In this document: piece after piece, positions 19,497 through 29,373 of the stretch
Layout of the letters: every line of letters begins with the position of its first letter
Position numbering within the stretch: the stretch's first letter is position 1
NCBI GenBank assembly: GCA_963813535.1
Contig: CAWEZH010000003.1
Location: forward strand, 672,001-736,000
Source: an uncultured Chloroflexia bacterium
GTDB taxonomy: Bacteria; Chloroflexota; Limnocylindria; Limnocylindrales; CSP1-4
Length of the DNA stretch: 64,000 bases
Direction: 5' to 3'
Program-made: the position numbers and the translations under genes
The notes under the pieces: generated by a model
Database searches by the model: none
Told to the model about the DNA's origin: nothing
Seen by the model: only the letters and a program-made list of their open reading frames with translations

Positions 19497-21203
19497 GTGA
19501 TCCGGCGGATCCCCTGGCTGCGCCGCATCCGGCGGCTGATGCCGCGCACGTTCCAGGCGCGGCTGAGCGTGGCCTTCGTCATGGTCATCGCGCTCACCCT
19601 CGGGTTGGTCTCCGTGGTCGTCATCAACCGGCTCGACGACTACTTCACGAGGCAGCAGCGGACCGACCTCGAGGAGCGCCATGCCACCGTCAGGGCCTTC
19701 GTCGAATCGATCGCCGACACGTACTCGGGCGGCCGGCCGGTCGTGAACGTCGATGGGGTGGTCAGCCCGCGCGTCCTGAACGCGCTCGAGACCGACCTCG
19801 TGCGGAACGTCATCGCCGACCAGATCGCCCAGGCCGACGTCATCGTTCGCTTCGGCGTGACGACCACGGGATCGGGCGATCCGCAGTTCGTGCCCGCCTC
19901 GAACGGCACCGTGGTCATGACGCGTCAGGCGCCACCCGCCCCGGGACAGGCCCGCGAACGGACGTCGGTGACCGGCTGGGGGGCGGGTGGCGATGCGGGC
20001 CGCCAGTACACGATGGAGATCACCCTCGCCGACCCATACACGTATCGGGCAACGGCGATCAACAACGTCACCAGCCTGCTGCTCGCCATCGCTCTGCTCG
20101 CCCTCGGGCTTGCCGTCGTGGTCTCGGCGGCGCTCGCCCGGCGCTTCACGACGCCCATCCGCCAGCTCACCGACGCCTCCCGCGGGCTCGCGGAAGGTGA
20201 TCTGACACGTCGCGTGCCGGCGGCGCAGCTCCGTGAAGGGTCCTCGGAGCTCGGCGAACTGGCGGTCCAGTTCAACACCATGGCCGACCGGCTGGCCGAG
20301 AGCGTCGAGCTGATCCGGCGGGACCGCGACCGGAGCCGTGACTTCCTGGCGGACGTGTCGCACGAGCTCAGGACCCCGCTCGCAGCGCTGCGGACCTTCA
20401 ATCAGCTGCTGATGGAACAGGCGGGGAACGATCCCGAAGCGCGCGCCGAGTTCCTCGAATCGAGCCAGGGCCAGATCGAGCGCCTGGACTGGCTTGCGCA
20501 GAACCTGCTCGAGCTGTCCAAGCTCGATTCCGGGCTGGTGCTCCTCGACCTTCGACCCGATGACCTGCGGGCCGCCGTCGAATCGGCGACCCACCAGCAC
20601 GACGCGCTCGCGCAGCGACGTGGCGTGACCGTCGAGCTGGACCTGCCGAGCCGGCCGGTCCGGATCCGGCACGACCCGCCACGCATCGGCCAGGTGGTCG
20701 CGAACCTCGTAGGCAACGCGGTCAAGTTCACGCCACGCGGCGGCGCCGTGCGGGTGTCCGTCGAGCCGACCCCAGATGGGGCTCGGGTCGACGTCGTCGA
20801 CACCGGCGTCGGCATCGACCCCAACGAGCTGCCCCACATCTTCGAGCGGTTCTACCGCGGCTCGCGCGCCAACGAGGCGCGCGGTTCGGGCAGCGGGCTC
20901 GGCCTCGCGATCGTTCGCTCGATCGTCGACATCCACGGCGGGACGGTGACCGTGGAGAGCGGGCCGGGCAGCGGGAGCCGGTTCACCGTCCGGCTGCCGC
21001 AGGATCCGAGGAACGTCGCCGGTACCCCCGCAGCGGAACAGGCCGCCGTCGCGTCCGCCGCGGAAGGCACGCGCCGGATCGCCGCGGCCGGTGCGGCGGA
21101 GGATCAGGATGGGCCCTCAGACGCGTCTCACGAAGACGAGCGCATCGTGACGGAAACTTCACCGTCCGATGCGCCCCATGTGAATCCCGCTTCGGCACCG
21201 TAA
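19497..21203 (+). CDS. HAMP sensor histidine kinase
   Basis: Two TMs, HAMP, DVSHELRTPL, NLVGNAVKF, DTGVG, GSGLGL. Confidence 0.95.
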   Translation: MIRRIPWLRRIRRLMPRTFQARLSVAFVMVIALTLGLVSVVVINRLDDYFTRQQRTDLEERHATVRAFVESIADTYSGGRPVVNVDGVVSPRVLNALETDLVRNVIADQIAQADVIVRFGVTTTGSGDPQFVPASNGTVVMTRQAPPAPGQARERTSVTGWGAGGDAGRQYTMEITLADPYTYRATAINNVTSLLLAIALLALGLAVVVSAALARRFTTPIRQLTDASRGLAEGDLTRRVPAAQLREGSSELGELAVQFNTMADRLAESVELIRRDRDRSRDFLADVSHELRTPLAALRTFNQLLMEQAGNDPEARAEFLESSQGQIERLDWLAQNLLELSKLDSGLVLLDLRPDDLRAAVESATHQHDALAQRRGVTVELDLPSRPVRIRHDPPRIGQVVANLVGNAVKFTPRGGAVRVSVEPTPDGARVDVVDTGVGIDPNELPHIFERFYRGSRANEARGSGSGLGLAIVRSIVDIHGGTVTVESGPGSGSRFTVRLPQDPRNVAGTPAAEQAAVASAAEGTRRIAAAGAAEDQDGPSDASHEDERIVTETSPSDAPHVNPASAP

Positions 21204-21274
21204 GAGGCGACGGCGTTCCCCGACTGGCCGCTCACCGACCGGGGGGACGCCGGACCTGAGGAATACGACGACCC

Positions 21275-22657
21275 ATGAGTGACTCCCGATCCGACGATCC
21301 CGATATGACCACGCGCCACCAGGCTCCGACCGAGCCCCTGCGAGAACCGGTGATCCGCACCTCCGGCGAAGGCGAGCGCTACACGCCGCCGGCGGAACCA
21401 CGTCCCGACTGGACGCGCCAGGACGCCGCACCCGTCGCGGCGCCCACCCCGGAGCGCTGGTATGAGCCGGCCCCGACCGTCCCGGCCGCACCCGTGACCG
21501 AGAGCGCCGTTCGCGGCGCCCGAAGCGGTCGCGGCACCATGGGCACGGTCCTTGGCGCGGCGCTGCTCTCCGCCGTGCTCGCATCGGGCGGCACGGTGGT
21601 GGCGCTCAACGCATCCGGCGCGCTGGATCGACCGGCGACGACCTCGACCGCGCCGACCGGGACCACCGTCGGTGCCAACAACCAGCCGGTGAACATCGAC
21701 GAGTCCTCTGCGACCATCCAGGTGGCCGCCAAGGCCAGCCCCGCCGTCGTTCGGATCACGGTCAACGGCAGCGTCGACACGTCGCAGGGGATCATCCCGG
21801 AGACCGGTGTGGGCTCAGGCGTGATCTACGACTCCGGCGGCTGGATCCTGACCAACCGCCACGTCGTGGACGGCAGCGACCAGCTCTCGGTCGAGCTCAA
21901 CGACGGCCGCGTGTTCGAGGGTCGCGTGTACGGCATCGACACCCTGACAGACCTGGCGATCGTCAAGATCGAGGGCACCGACCTGCCGGTCGCCCAACTG
22001 GGGCGCTCGAGCGAGCTCAAGGTGGGGCAGCTGGTCGTGGCGATCGGCAGTCCGCTGGGCACGTACTCGAACTCCGTCACCAGTGGCATCGTGTCGGCCA
22101 AGGGCCGGACGATCACGACCGATGGCAACCAGAACCTCAACAACCTGATCCAGACCGATGCGGCGATCAACCCGGGCAACTCGGGCGGTCCGCTGCTCGA
22201 CGCCGGCGCCAACGTGGTCGGCATCAACACCGCCATCGCCGCCGACTCGAACGGCATCGGCTTCGCCATCCCGATCGATATCGCCCGGCCGATCATGGAG
22301 CAGGCCGTGGCCGGCAAGGACCTCGCCCGACCGTACATGGGCGTCGTCTACCGGCCGATCGACCGCCAGTTCGCGGACGCCAACAACCTTCCCGTGAACG
22401 AGGGTGCGCTCATCCAGCGTGGCGCCGGCGGCAGCGCGACCAGCCCCGCCGTCGTGTCCGACAGTCCGGCCGACCAGGCCGGCCTGCGAGAGGGCGACAT
22501 CATCGTGAAGGTCAACGACCAGTCGATCGATGGCGACCATCCGCTCGATGCGACGCTCAGCGAGTACGCACCCGGCGACAACGTGACGATCGAACTGCTC
22601 CGGGATGGCCAGTCGTCGACGGTCCAGTTGCAGCTGGGAACCCGCCCGGCCAACTGA
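21275..22657 (+). CDS. htrA: HtrA/DegP-family serine protease with PDZ
   Basis: GSGV, TNRHV, DLAIV, QTDAAINPGNSGGPL; PDZ domain. Confidence 0.93.
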   Translation: MSDSRSDDPDMTTRHQAPTEPLREPVIRTSGEGERYTPPAEPRPDWTRQDAAPVAAPTPERWYEPAPTVPAAPVTESAVRGARSGRGTMGTVLGAALLSAVLASGGTVVALNASGALDRPATTSTAPTGTTVGANNQPVNIDESSATIQVAAKASPAVVRITVNGSVDTSQGIIPETGVGSGVIYDSGGWILTNRHVVDGSDQLSVELNDGRVFEGRVYGIDTLTDLAIVKIEGTDLPVAQLGRSSELKVGQLVVAIGSPLGTYSNSVTSGIVSAKGRTITTDGNQNLNNLIQTDAAINPGNSGGPLLDAGANVVGINTAIAADSNGIGFAIPIDIARPIMEQAVAGKDLARPYMGVVYRPIDRQFADANNLPVNEGALIQRGAGGSATSPAVVSDSPADQAGLREGDIIVKVNDQSIDGDHPLDATLSEYAPGDNVTIELLRDGQSSTVQLQLGTRPAN

Positions 22658-22684
22658 TCCGGGTCAGGCAGCCGGTCCTTGGGC

Positions 22685-23053
22685 CTAGCCCGAGGATCGG
22701 CGCCGCCAGATCTCGACCGATGCGTGGTCGAGCGGCCCACCCAGCTTGACGGCCGGTTTGCGCACGCGGACACCGACCTCCTGGATATCGAACGCCACGA
22801 GCACCTCGTGGCTGATCGCCTCGGCGATCGTCTCGAGCAACCGGAAAGAAGTCGATTCGACGACCTGCCGGGCGATCTCGTACACCCGGCCGTAGTCGAC
22901 CGTCTTGGTGAGGTCGTCGTCGACACCGGCGGGCTGCAGGTTCAGCACGAGGATCACGTCGACCTCGAACGGCTGGGCGGTCTTCAGCTCCCAGTCGTGA
23001 TAGCCGTGCTTCCCCTCGAAGCGCATGTTGGTGAGCACGATCCGATCGCTCAG
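22685..23053 (-). CDS. folB: Dihydroneopterin aldolase
   Basis: SDRIVL..FEGKHG..QPFEVD..DDLTKTVDY..LLE..VRKP; probable CTG start. Confidence 0.93.
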   Translation of the reverse strand: MSDRIVLTNMRFEGKHGYHDWELKTAQPFEVDVILVLNLQPAGVDDDLTKTVDYGRVYEIARQVVESTSFRLLETIAEAISHEVLVAFDIQEVGVRVRKPAVKLGGPLDHASVEIWRRRSSG

Positions 23054-23919
23054 GCGGGGCCTCCCTCTGGTTCGCTCCTCCAGCGACCGCGGACGATCGC
23101 GTCGCTGACGCGCGCGACGCGGACGTTGGCCTCGACATCATGGACCCGGACGATATCGACACCGGCGGCCACGCCGAGCGCCGTGGTCGCAAGCGTGCCC
23201 TCGAGCCGCTCCTCGGCCGGGAGGTCGAGGATCTTCCCGATCGTCGACTTGCGCGAGGTGCCGAGCAGGATCGGCCGACCTAGCGTCGTGAGTTCGGCGA
23301 GGTGACGCAGCACGATCAGGTTGTGATCGGCGGTCTTGCCGAAGCCGATGCCCGGATCGACGAGGAGATCCGTCGGCGGAACACCGGCGCGCTCGGCCCG
23401 TTCCAGCGCCGCACGGAGATCGTCGATCACCTCACGCACCACGTCCCGGTAGTGGGCCTCCGGCCTGTTGTGCATGACCAGCAGGGGGACGTGCGCGCTA
23501 GCGGCGAGCTCAGCGATCGCCGGATCGGGGCCGGTGGCCCACACGTCGTTGAGGAGGTCCGCGCCGGCCGCGACGGCCGCTTCGGCGACCACCACCTTGG
23601 TCGTATCGATGCTGAGCGGCACGCCCGGCAGCGCCGCGCGGATGGCGGCGATGATCGGGATCACGCGGCCGATCTCCTCCGCGGCATCGATCGGGGCATG
23701 CCCCGGCCGCGTCGATTCGCCTCCGACGTCGAGCAGGTCCGCGCCCTCGTCCACCATGCGGCGTGCCTGGCCGACGGCCGCCGTGACCGGATCGCCCCGT
23801 CCGATGAGACCGTCGCCCGAGAACGAATTGGGCGTGATGTTCAGGATGCCCATCACGAACGTCCGTTCGCCCCAGGCGAAGGTCGTCTGTCGGATCCGGG
23901 TCGGTGCCGGGTGGCTCAC
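23050..23919 (-). CDS. folP: Dihydropteroate synthase
   Basis: VMGILNITPNSFSGDG, DVGGESTRPG, DPGIGFGK, SRKS, VRVHDV. Confidence 0.95.
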   Translation of the reverse strand: MSHPAPTRIRQTTFAWGERTFVMGILNITPNSFSGDGLIGRGDPVTAAVGQARRMVDEGADLLDVGGESTRPGHAPIDAAEEIGRVIPIIAAIRAALPGVPLSIDTTKVVVAEAAVAAGADLLNDVWATGPDPAIAELAASAHVPLLVMHNRPEAHYRDVVREVIDDLRAALERAERAGVPPTDLLVDPGIGFGKTADHNLIVLRHLAELTTLGRPILLGTSRKSTIGKILDLPAEERLEGTLATTALGVAAGVDIVRVHDVEANVRVARVSDAIVRGRWRSEPEGGPA

Positions 23920-25256
23920 GAGACCGGCGGGTCGCGCAGTTCCGGATCGTCGACCAGGTGGCCGCGGATCGCGCCGACCAGGTAGAGCGACCCGGCCACG
24001 ACCGTCGGCCCACCCCCGCGCCGTGCCCGGTCGAGGGCAGCGATCGGGTCGGGTTCGGCGACGACCTCCGCGATCGGTGATGTCGTTCGCCGCCAACGGG
24101 CCGCGAGCTCGTCGGCTGGCATCGCGCGCGCGGCGTCCACGCTCGTCGCGATGACGGTCGCACCCCCGAGTGAGGACGAGGCTGCCAGGGCGGCGATGAT
24201 GCCGTCCACGTCCTTGTCCGCCATGGCGCCGACCACGAGCGTTAGCGGTCCCGGCGCCAGGTGCGGGCGCAGATCATCGAGTGCTTCGGCGAGCGCGGCC
24301 GCGCCGGCCGGGTTGTGGGCGCCGTCGAGCAGGATCTCAGCGCCGTCGACCGTCAACAGCTCGAGCCGACCCGGCCAGACCGCCGTCTCATAGCCGCGGC
24401 GCCGGGCGTCTTCGTCAGCCGTCGCGATACCCGCCGCGTCGAGGGCATCGAGGACCGCGTCGGCGACCGCGACGTTGGCGGCCTGGTGACGACCCCGGAG
24501 TCCGACGCGGGTCGGCCCCAGGCGGGGCAACTCGACGGTCAAGCCATCGCGGTCCCAGCCCAGGAGCGGCGCGGTCCCCACCTCCGCAAGCGGCGCCCCC
24601 ACTCGTCTCGCTCGGCGGCGGATGATCGCCAGCGCCTCGCCGTCCGCGCCGGTCACCGCGATGTCCCCACGCTCGATGATGGCGGCCTTCTCCCGGGCGA
24701 TCGCTGCGATCGTCGACCCCAACCGGTCGGTGTGATCCAGGGCCACGTTGGTCACCGCGGCGACGCCGCCATCCCAGGCGTGTGTCGCGTCGAGCCTGCC
24801 ACCCAGCCCGACCTCGACGAGGGCGACGTCGATCCCGGATTCGGCGAAGTGGCGGAACACCAACGCCGTGAGGAGCTCGAACTCCGTTGGTTCATCGTGG
24901 CGACGTGCGACCCGGTCTGCGACAGCGAGGACGGCTTCGACGTGCCGTGTGAAGTCGTCGATGCCGATCGGGTGGCCGTCGATGACGACCCGCTCGCGAT
25001 ACGACACGAGGTGCGGCTTCGGCGTCTCGCCGACGCGGAGACCCGCGGCCCGCAAGACGCTGCCGGCCAGGGCCAGGACGCTGCCCTTGCCGTTCGTCCC
25101 GGCCACGAGCGCACCGCGAACGGCCAGTTGCGGGTCGCCGAGCGCCGCCAGCAGCGCACGTGTCCGCCCGAGCCCGAGCCGGATCCCGAACCGACCGCGC
25201 GCAGCGAGCGCGGCGAGAGCTTCGTGATAGTCGGTCGACGGCGCCGAGGCGGTCAC
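23916..25256 (-). CDS. folC: Folylpolyglutamate synthase/dihydrofolate synthase
   Basis: VAGTNGKGS, PHL..YRER, EVGLGGRLDAT, WPGRLE, LDGAHNP, GSLYLVG. Confidence 0.95.
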   Translation of the reverse strand: MTASAPSTDYHEALAALAARGRFGIRLGLGRTRALLAALGDPQLAVRGALVAGTNGKGSVLALAGSVLRAAGLRVGETPKPHLVSYRERVVIDGHPIGIDDFTRHVEAVLAVADRVARRHDEPTEFELLTALVFRHFAESGIDVALVEVGLGGRLDATHAWDGGVAAVTNVALDHTDRLGSTIAAIAREKAAIIERGDIAVTGADGEALAIIRRRARRVGAPLAEVGTAPLLGWDRDGLTVELPRLGPTRVGLRGRHQAANVAVADAVLDALDAAGIATADEDARRRGYETAVWPGRLELLTVDGAEILLDGAHNPAGAAALAEALDDLRPHLAPGPLTLVVGAMADKDVDGIIAALAASSSLGGATVIATSVDAARAMPADELAARWRRTTSPIAEVVAEPDPIAALDRARRGGGPTVVAGSLYLVGAIRGHLVDDPELRDPPVS

Positions 25257-25711
25257 TCGCGCGTCAGTTCGTCCTCGTAGAAGACGCACTGGTTGAAGCG
25301 CGGCGTCAGGCACACGTCGTTGACGTACCCCTGATCGAGGTGGACACCGCCGCGGAGCTGGCAACGCGACACGTTCGTGTCCTGCCGGATCAGCGCCTTG
25401 AGCAGATGCGGTGCCTGGATGGGGATCGCGCCGCGCGAACCCGTCATGTAGAAGTGCGGGCACACGTTTCGACGCAGGCTCGGCAGTCCGAACCCGGGAT
25501 GGGCGCCCATCGGCAGGGTGACGGCGGGAGCCGGTCGTGCAGTGAGGGGCGAGGGCGTGACCCGGGCGATCGGCCCCAGACCGAACGCTGGACGACCGGA
25601 GGCGGCGCCCGACGATCCGGATCGGCCGGCTGGCGCCCCCGGACGACCCGGTCGATCGGGCTGCCCTGGGCGACTGATCGGTCGTCCCGTCCGTGGATCG
25701 CGAGCCTGCAC
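25253..25711 (-). CDS. Hypothetical protein with a C-terminal Cys-containing domain
   Basis: GGAGG RBS before GTG at 25711; CPHF..C..C..CVFY; stop overlaps the folC start (GTGA). Confidence 0.7.
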   Translation of the reverse strand: MQARDPRTGRPISRPGQPDRPGRPGAPAGRSGSSGAASGRPAFGLGPIARVTPSPLTARPAPAVTLPMGAHPGFGLPSLRRNVCPHFYMTGSRGAIPIQAPHLLKALIRQDTNVSRCQLRGGVHLDQGYVNDVCLTPRFNQCVFYEDELTRE

Positions 25712-25856
25712 GCAACCTCCATCCTGCGCGCACCGACATCGGACACGCGCGACCGGGCCAGAGTACAACGCACCGCCACGCTCCGACATCGCGTGCGGAA
25801 GTGCCGACGAGGCGTTCCATCGTCCCGATGGCGAGGGCGTGCGACAATCGCCTCCG

Positions 25857-27056
25857 ATGGCGACTCGGCGCGGTTCGCGCCCAAATCATGTCCGACCCCG
25901 CCCCCCGTCCGGTGGGCGTCCCACTCCCGTCAAGGTCAGGCCCCGGGCGCCCGCGCCCGGACGCCTCTCCGTGCACGGTCCGGTCCGACGCAGTCGTGGC
26001 ATCCCGCTCATCGGCCAGATGGCCCTCGGGGCAGGTGTCGTGGTGGTCGCCCTGCTGGTCCTGTACATCGGCGCGGGCGGCATCGGCGCGGTCGCCAATG
26101 CGCTCGGCTCGACAGTCTCGTCCTTCGTCCAGGGTGTCACCGCCACGCCGGTCCCGGTCACCACGCCATCGACCGTCGCCGACGCGCCGTCCATCGAATC
26201 GCCCGGCGAGCCCTACACCAACCAGAACCAGGTCGACCTGACGATCACCGTCCCGTCGCGCCTCGCCGGCGACCCCGACTACCTCGTCCGTGTCTACCTC
26301 GCACTCAAGGACCAGGCGCCGGCACCGATCGACGAGAAGCCCCTCTCGCCGACCCCGCGCATGATCATCCCGGTCACGCTGACCAAGGGGATCAACGATT
26401 TCAGCGTGACCCTCGTCGGGCCGGGCGGCGAGTCCGAGTCGTCACCACTGGTGCGCTATGTGCTCGACATCGACCCGCCCGTGATCAAGCTCAGCTCGCC
26501 CAAGGACGGAGCGATGATCAACCGCAAGGCCGTCTCGCTGCAGGGCCGCACGCAGGGCCGCTCGACGCTCAACGCCCGGAACGGCAAGACCGGCGAATCG
26601 ATCGGTGGCACCGCCGCGTCCGACGGGACGTTCTCGCTGAGCCTGCCGATCGCGTCGGGCTCCAACCCGGTCCGGTTCACCGCCACGGACCCGGCGGGGA
26701 ATACGAACACGATGGAGCTCACCGTCCGGCGAGGGTCCGGGCAGCTCCGCGCGTCGCTGAGCGCGTCCTCCTACTCGATCAGCCAGCGGTCGTTGCCGGC
26801 CGAGATCCGCCTGGTGACCCTGGTGGACGACCCCGACGGCCGGCCGCTCGAGGGTGCGCGGGTGACCTTCACGCTGAGCATCCCGGGGATCAAGACGGTC
26901 ACCGGTGACGCCGTGACCGATGCGTCAGGCCAGGCGTCCTTCACGACCCGCATCCCCAAGGGAGCGGACCGTGGTGGCGGCACGGCTGGTGTGCTCGTCC
27001 GGACGACCGATTTCGGAAAGACCACCGACGAGACGGTCATCACGATCCGGAAGTAG
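25857..27056 (+). CDS. Membrane-anchored protein with Ig-like domains
   Basis: Basic N-terminus, TM, LTKGINDF, DIDPPVIKL, GSNPVRFTATDPAGN. Confidence 0.8.
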   Translation: MATRRGSRPNHVRPRPPSGGRPTPVKVRPRAPAPGRLSVHGPVRRSRGIPLIGQMALGAGVVVVALLVLYIGAGGIGAVANALGSTVSSFVQGVTATPVPVTTPSTVADAPSIESPGEPYTNQNQVDLTITVPSRLAGDPDYLVRVYLALKDQAPAPIDEKPLSPTPRMIIPVTLTKGINDFSVTLVGPGGESESSPLVRYVLDIDPPVIKLSSPKDGAMINRKAVSLQGRTQGRSTLNARNGKTGESIGGTAASDGTFSLSLPIASGSNPVRFTATDPAGNTNTMELTVRRGSGQLRASLSASSYSISQRSLPAEIRLVTLVDDPDGRPLEGARVTFTLSIPGIKTVTGDAVTDASGQASFTTRIPKGADRGGGTAGVLVRTTDFGKTTDETVITIRK

Positions 27057-27135
27057 GCCCGAGCGTAGAACCCGAGGCTCGACCAGCCGTCATCCGGCTG
27101 TCGACAGCGGGCGTCGTCGCAGCTACCATCCCGCC

Positions 27136-27570
27136 ATGCCGATGTGGCGGTGTCCGCATTGCGGGACTCCCCAGGCCGAGACGGCGCGGTGCTGGGTGTG
27201 TCGGCGGTCCTCCACCTCCTGCGGCACCTGCCGCCACTACCGACGATCGGTCGCGGGCCAGCTCGGCTACTGCGGCCTCGACGCCCGACGGCAACCGTTG
27301 ACCGGCGAGGAGATCCGGGGCTGCTGGGAAGCCATGCCGGCCGCGCTGCTCCAAGACCCGGTCCCACCCACCATCGGTCCGGCCCGACCGATCGATGACG
27401 TACGGCCGCCGCTGGCGTTCGTCGAGGTCAGCGCGACGGCACCCGTCGCCAGCGCGACGCCAGCGCCGGAAGACGCGAGTGCACTCGGCGCCGAGGATCC
27501 GACCCTCGCCCCCGGCATGCCCGCGGCAAGCGAGCCCGCCTGGAACCTGTGGGGTGACCTCGAGAGCTGA
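27136..27570 (+). CDS. Small multi-CxxC (zinc-ribbon-like) protein
   Basis: CPHC, CWVC, CGTC plus two more Cys; TACCAT 6 nt before ATG. Confidence 0.7.
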   Translation: MPMWRCPHCGTPQAETARCWVCRRSSTSCGTCRHYRRSVAGQLGYCGLDARRQPLTGEEIRGCWEAMPAALLQDPVPPTIGPARPIDDVRPPLAFVEVSATAPVASATPAPEDASALGAEDPTLAPGMPAASEPAWNLWGDLES

Positions 27571-29265
27571 TCAGGACGGCGCGGCGGTCGGCTCGGGGGT
27601 CGGTGTCGGCTCAGGTGTCGGTGTCGGGGTCGGCGGAGGCGTGGGCGTCGGCGTCGGTTCGGGGGTGGGAGTCGGCGTCGGTGCGACCGTCGGCGTCGGT
27701 GTCGGCGTGGGTGTCGGCTCCGGTCCCTTCGAGATCACGTAGTCCACGGCGGTGTCCTTCGCGACCACGACCCCAGGTGCCGGCACCTGCGACACGACCA
27801 GGCCGATCGGCACGACCGGGTCGAACGCCTCGGTCTTGACCCCCGGCCTAAGGCCGGCCGTCACGATCTCCTGCACCGCCAGGGCCTCGGTCTTGTTGCG
27901 GAGGTCGGGCATCGGCACCTGTTCGACACCGGACGCGACGGTGACGCGGACGGTCGACCCGGCCGGGACGATCGTCTCGGCGGGTGGCATCTGTGCGGTG
28001 ATGATGCCGACCGGCTGGTCCGACGGCTGCTCGATGACTTCGAGCTTGATCCCCAGGGACTCGGCCTCCTGGGTCGCGTCGGCGAGGAGCTTGCCGACGA
28101 ATTCCGGCACGGCGACCGGCTGCGCGACAGGCGTCGAGGGACCCGAGAGCAACTGGAACACGATGAAGCCGATCCCCGCGAGGAGCAGGATCGCGGCGAT
28201 CCCGGCGGCCCACACGACCGGGCTCGTTCCGGCACCCTCGTCCTCCACGGGCGGGCGGCCCGATCCTGACGGGGGAGGCGCGACGGGCACGTAGCCGGCG
28301 CCGGCGTAGGCATCCTCCGGGTAGGAGGTGACGGTCGGGTTGGACCGGGCCACGCCCGCAGATGCAGCCAGACCGGCCCCCGCGGCCACACTCGCCGCGG
28401 CGCCCGCTCCGACGGCTGCCGCGGGGATGCCGGGCGCAGCGGCCGCGGTTCGGGACGACTCGAGCGCCTCGGCCATCGAGGTCGCCGAGGCGAACCGGTC
28501 GATCGGCAGGGGCGCCAGTGCCTTGCGGGTGATCGCGGCGAGATCGGTCGGCAGCGACGGCCGGACGAGGACCGGGTCGGGCACCGGGCCGCTGAGCCGA
28601 GCCAGCGCGACGCTGGCAGCGCTGTCGCCTTCCCATGGCCGGGTCCCGGTCAGCATCTCGAACAGGACGATGCCGAGCGCGTAGATGTCGGATTCGTTGG
28701 TAGCTGTCTCGCCACGTGCCTGCTCGGGGCTGAAGTAGTGGACCGACCCGAGCGTCGTACCCGGCAGGGTCATCTGCGCCTCGGCGACCGCTCGGGCGAT
28801 GCCGAAGTCGACCACCTTGACCCGACCATCGCGCCCGATCAGCACGTTGCCGGGCTTCACGTCGCGATGCACGATGCCGCGCGCATGGGCCGCGGCCAGG
28901 GCCCGGGCGACCGCCGCCGCGATCCGCGCCGCCTGCGGCGGCGGCAACGAGCCGTTCCGCCGGAGGATGGTCGCGAGGTCCTCGCCGTCGACGAACTCCA
29001 TGACGATGTACGGCCCGTCCGGGTCCTCGCCATAGTCATAGACGCTCACCACGTTGGGGTGGTTCAGGGAGGCCGCGTTCTGCGCCTCCTGTCGGAACCG
29101 CGACGAGAAGTCAGGGTCGCGCAGGTACTCGGGGCGAAGCAGCTTGACGGCGACGTCGCGTCCGAGCTGGGTATCGACCGCCCGGAAGATCGTGGCCATG
29201 CCGCCCTCTCCGAGCAGCTCCACGAGCCGATATCGGCCGCCCAGGATCGTCCCGATCTCCGCCAA
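27571..29265 (-). CDS. pknB: Ser/Thr protein kinase with PASTA domains (PknB-like)
   Basis: LGEGGMA, VAVK, HRDVKPGN, DFG, TM, two PASTA domains, PT-repeat tail. Confidence 0.92.
   Translation of the reverse strand: MAEIGTILGGRYRLVELLGEGGMATIFRAVDTQLGRDVAVKLLRPEYLRDPDFSSRFRQEAQNAASLNHPNVVSVYDYGEDPDGPYIVMEFVDGEDLATILRRNGSLPPPQAARIAAAVARALAAAHARGIVHRDVKPGNVLIGRDGRVKVVDFGIARAVAEAQMTLPGTTLGSVHYFSPEQARGETATNESDIYALGIVLFEMLTGTRPWEGDSAASVALARLSGPVPDPVLVRPSLPTDLAAITRKALAPLPIDRFASATSMAEALESSRTAAAAPGIPAAAVGAGAAASVAAGAGLAASAGVARSNPTVTSYPEDAYAGAGYVPVAPPPSGSGRPPVEDEGAGTSPVVWAAGIAAILLLAGIGFIVFQLLSGPSTPVAQPVAVPEFVGKLLADATQEAESLGIKLEVIEQPSDQPVGIITAQMPPAETIVPAGSTVRVTVASGVEQVPMPDLRNKTEALAVQEIVTAGLRPGVKTEAFDPVVPIGLVVSQVPAPGVVVAKDTAVDYVISKGPEPTPTPTPTPTVAPTPTPTPEPTPTPTPPPTPTPTPEPTPTPEPTAAPS
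27585..27726. repeat. Coding Pro-Thr tandem repeat
   Basis: (GTCGGN)n hexamer array encoding the PTPTP tail of the kinase. Confidence 0.8.
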
Positions 29266-29373
29266 ACGTGCCCCTCTGACATGGTTCGGCGCGTCGCTGA
29301 CGTCTGCGACGCGCTCGCGCGGCATGGTACCCCATGGCCTCCGGATGGACGCCCATCCGGCGGGCCCGGGCGA

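Noticed and set aside
27585-27726. Hexamer arrays (also about 8700-8830 and 53845-53960) as CRISPR or VNTR
   Set aside because: They encode Pro-Thr linkers; no repeat-spacer structure and no cas genes
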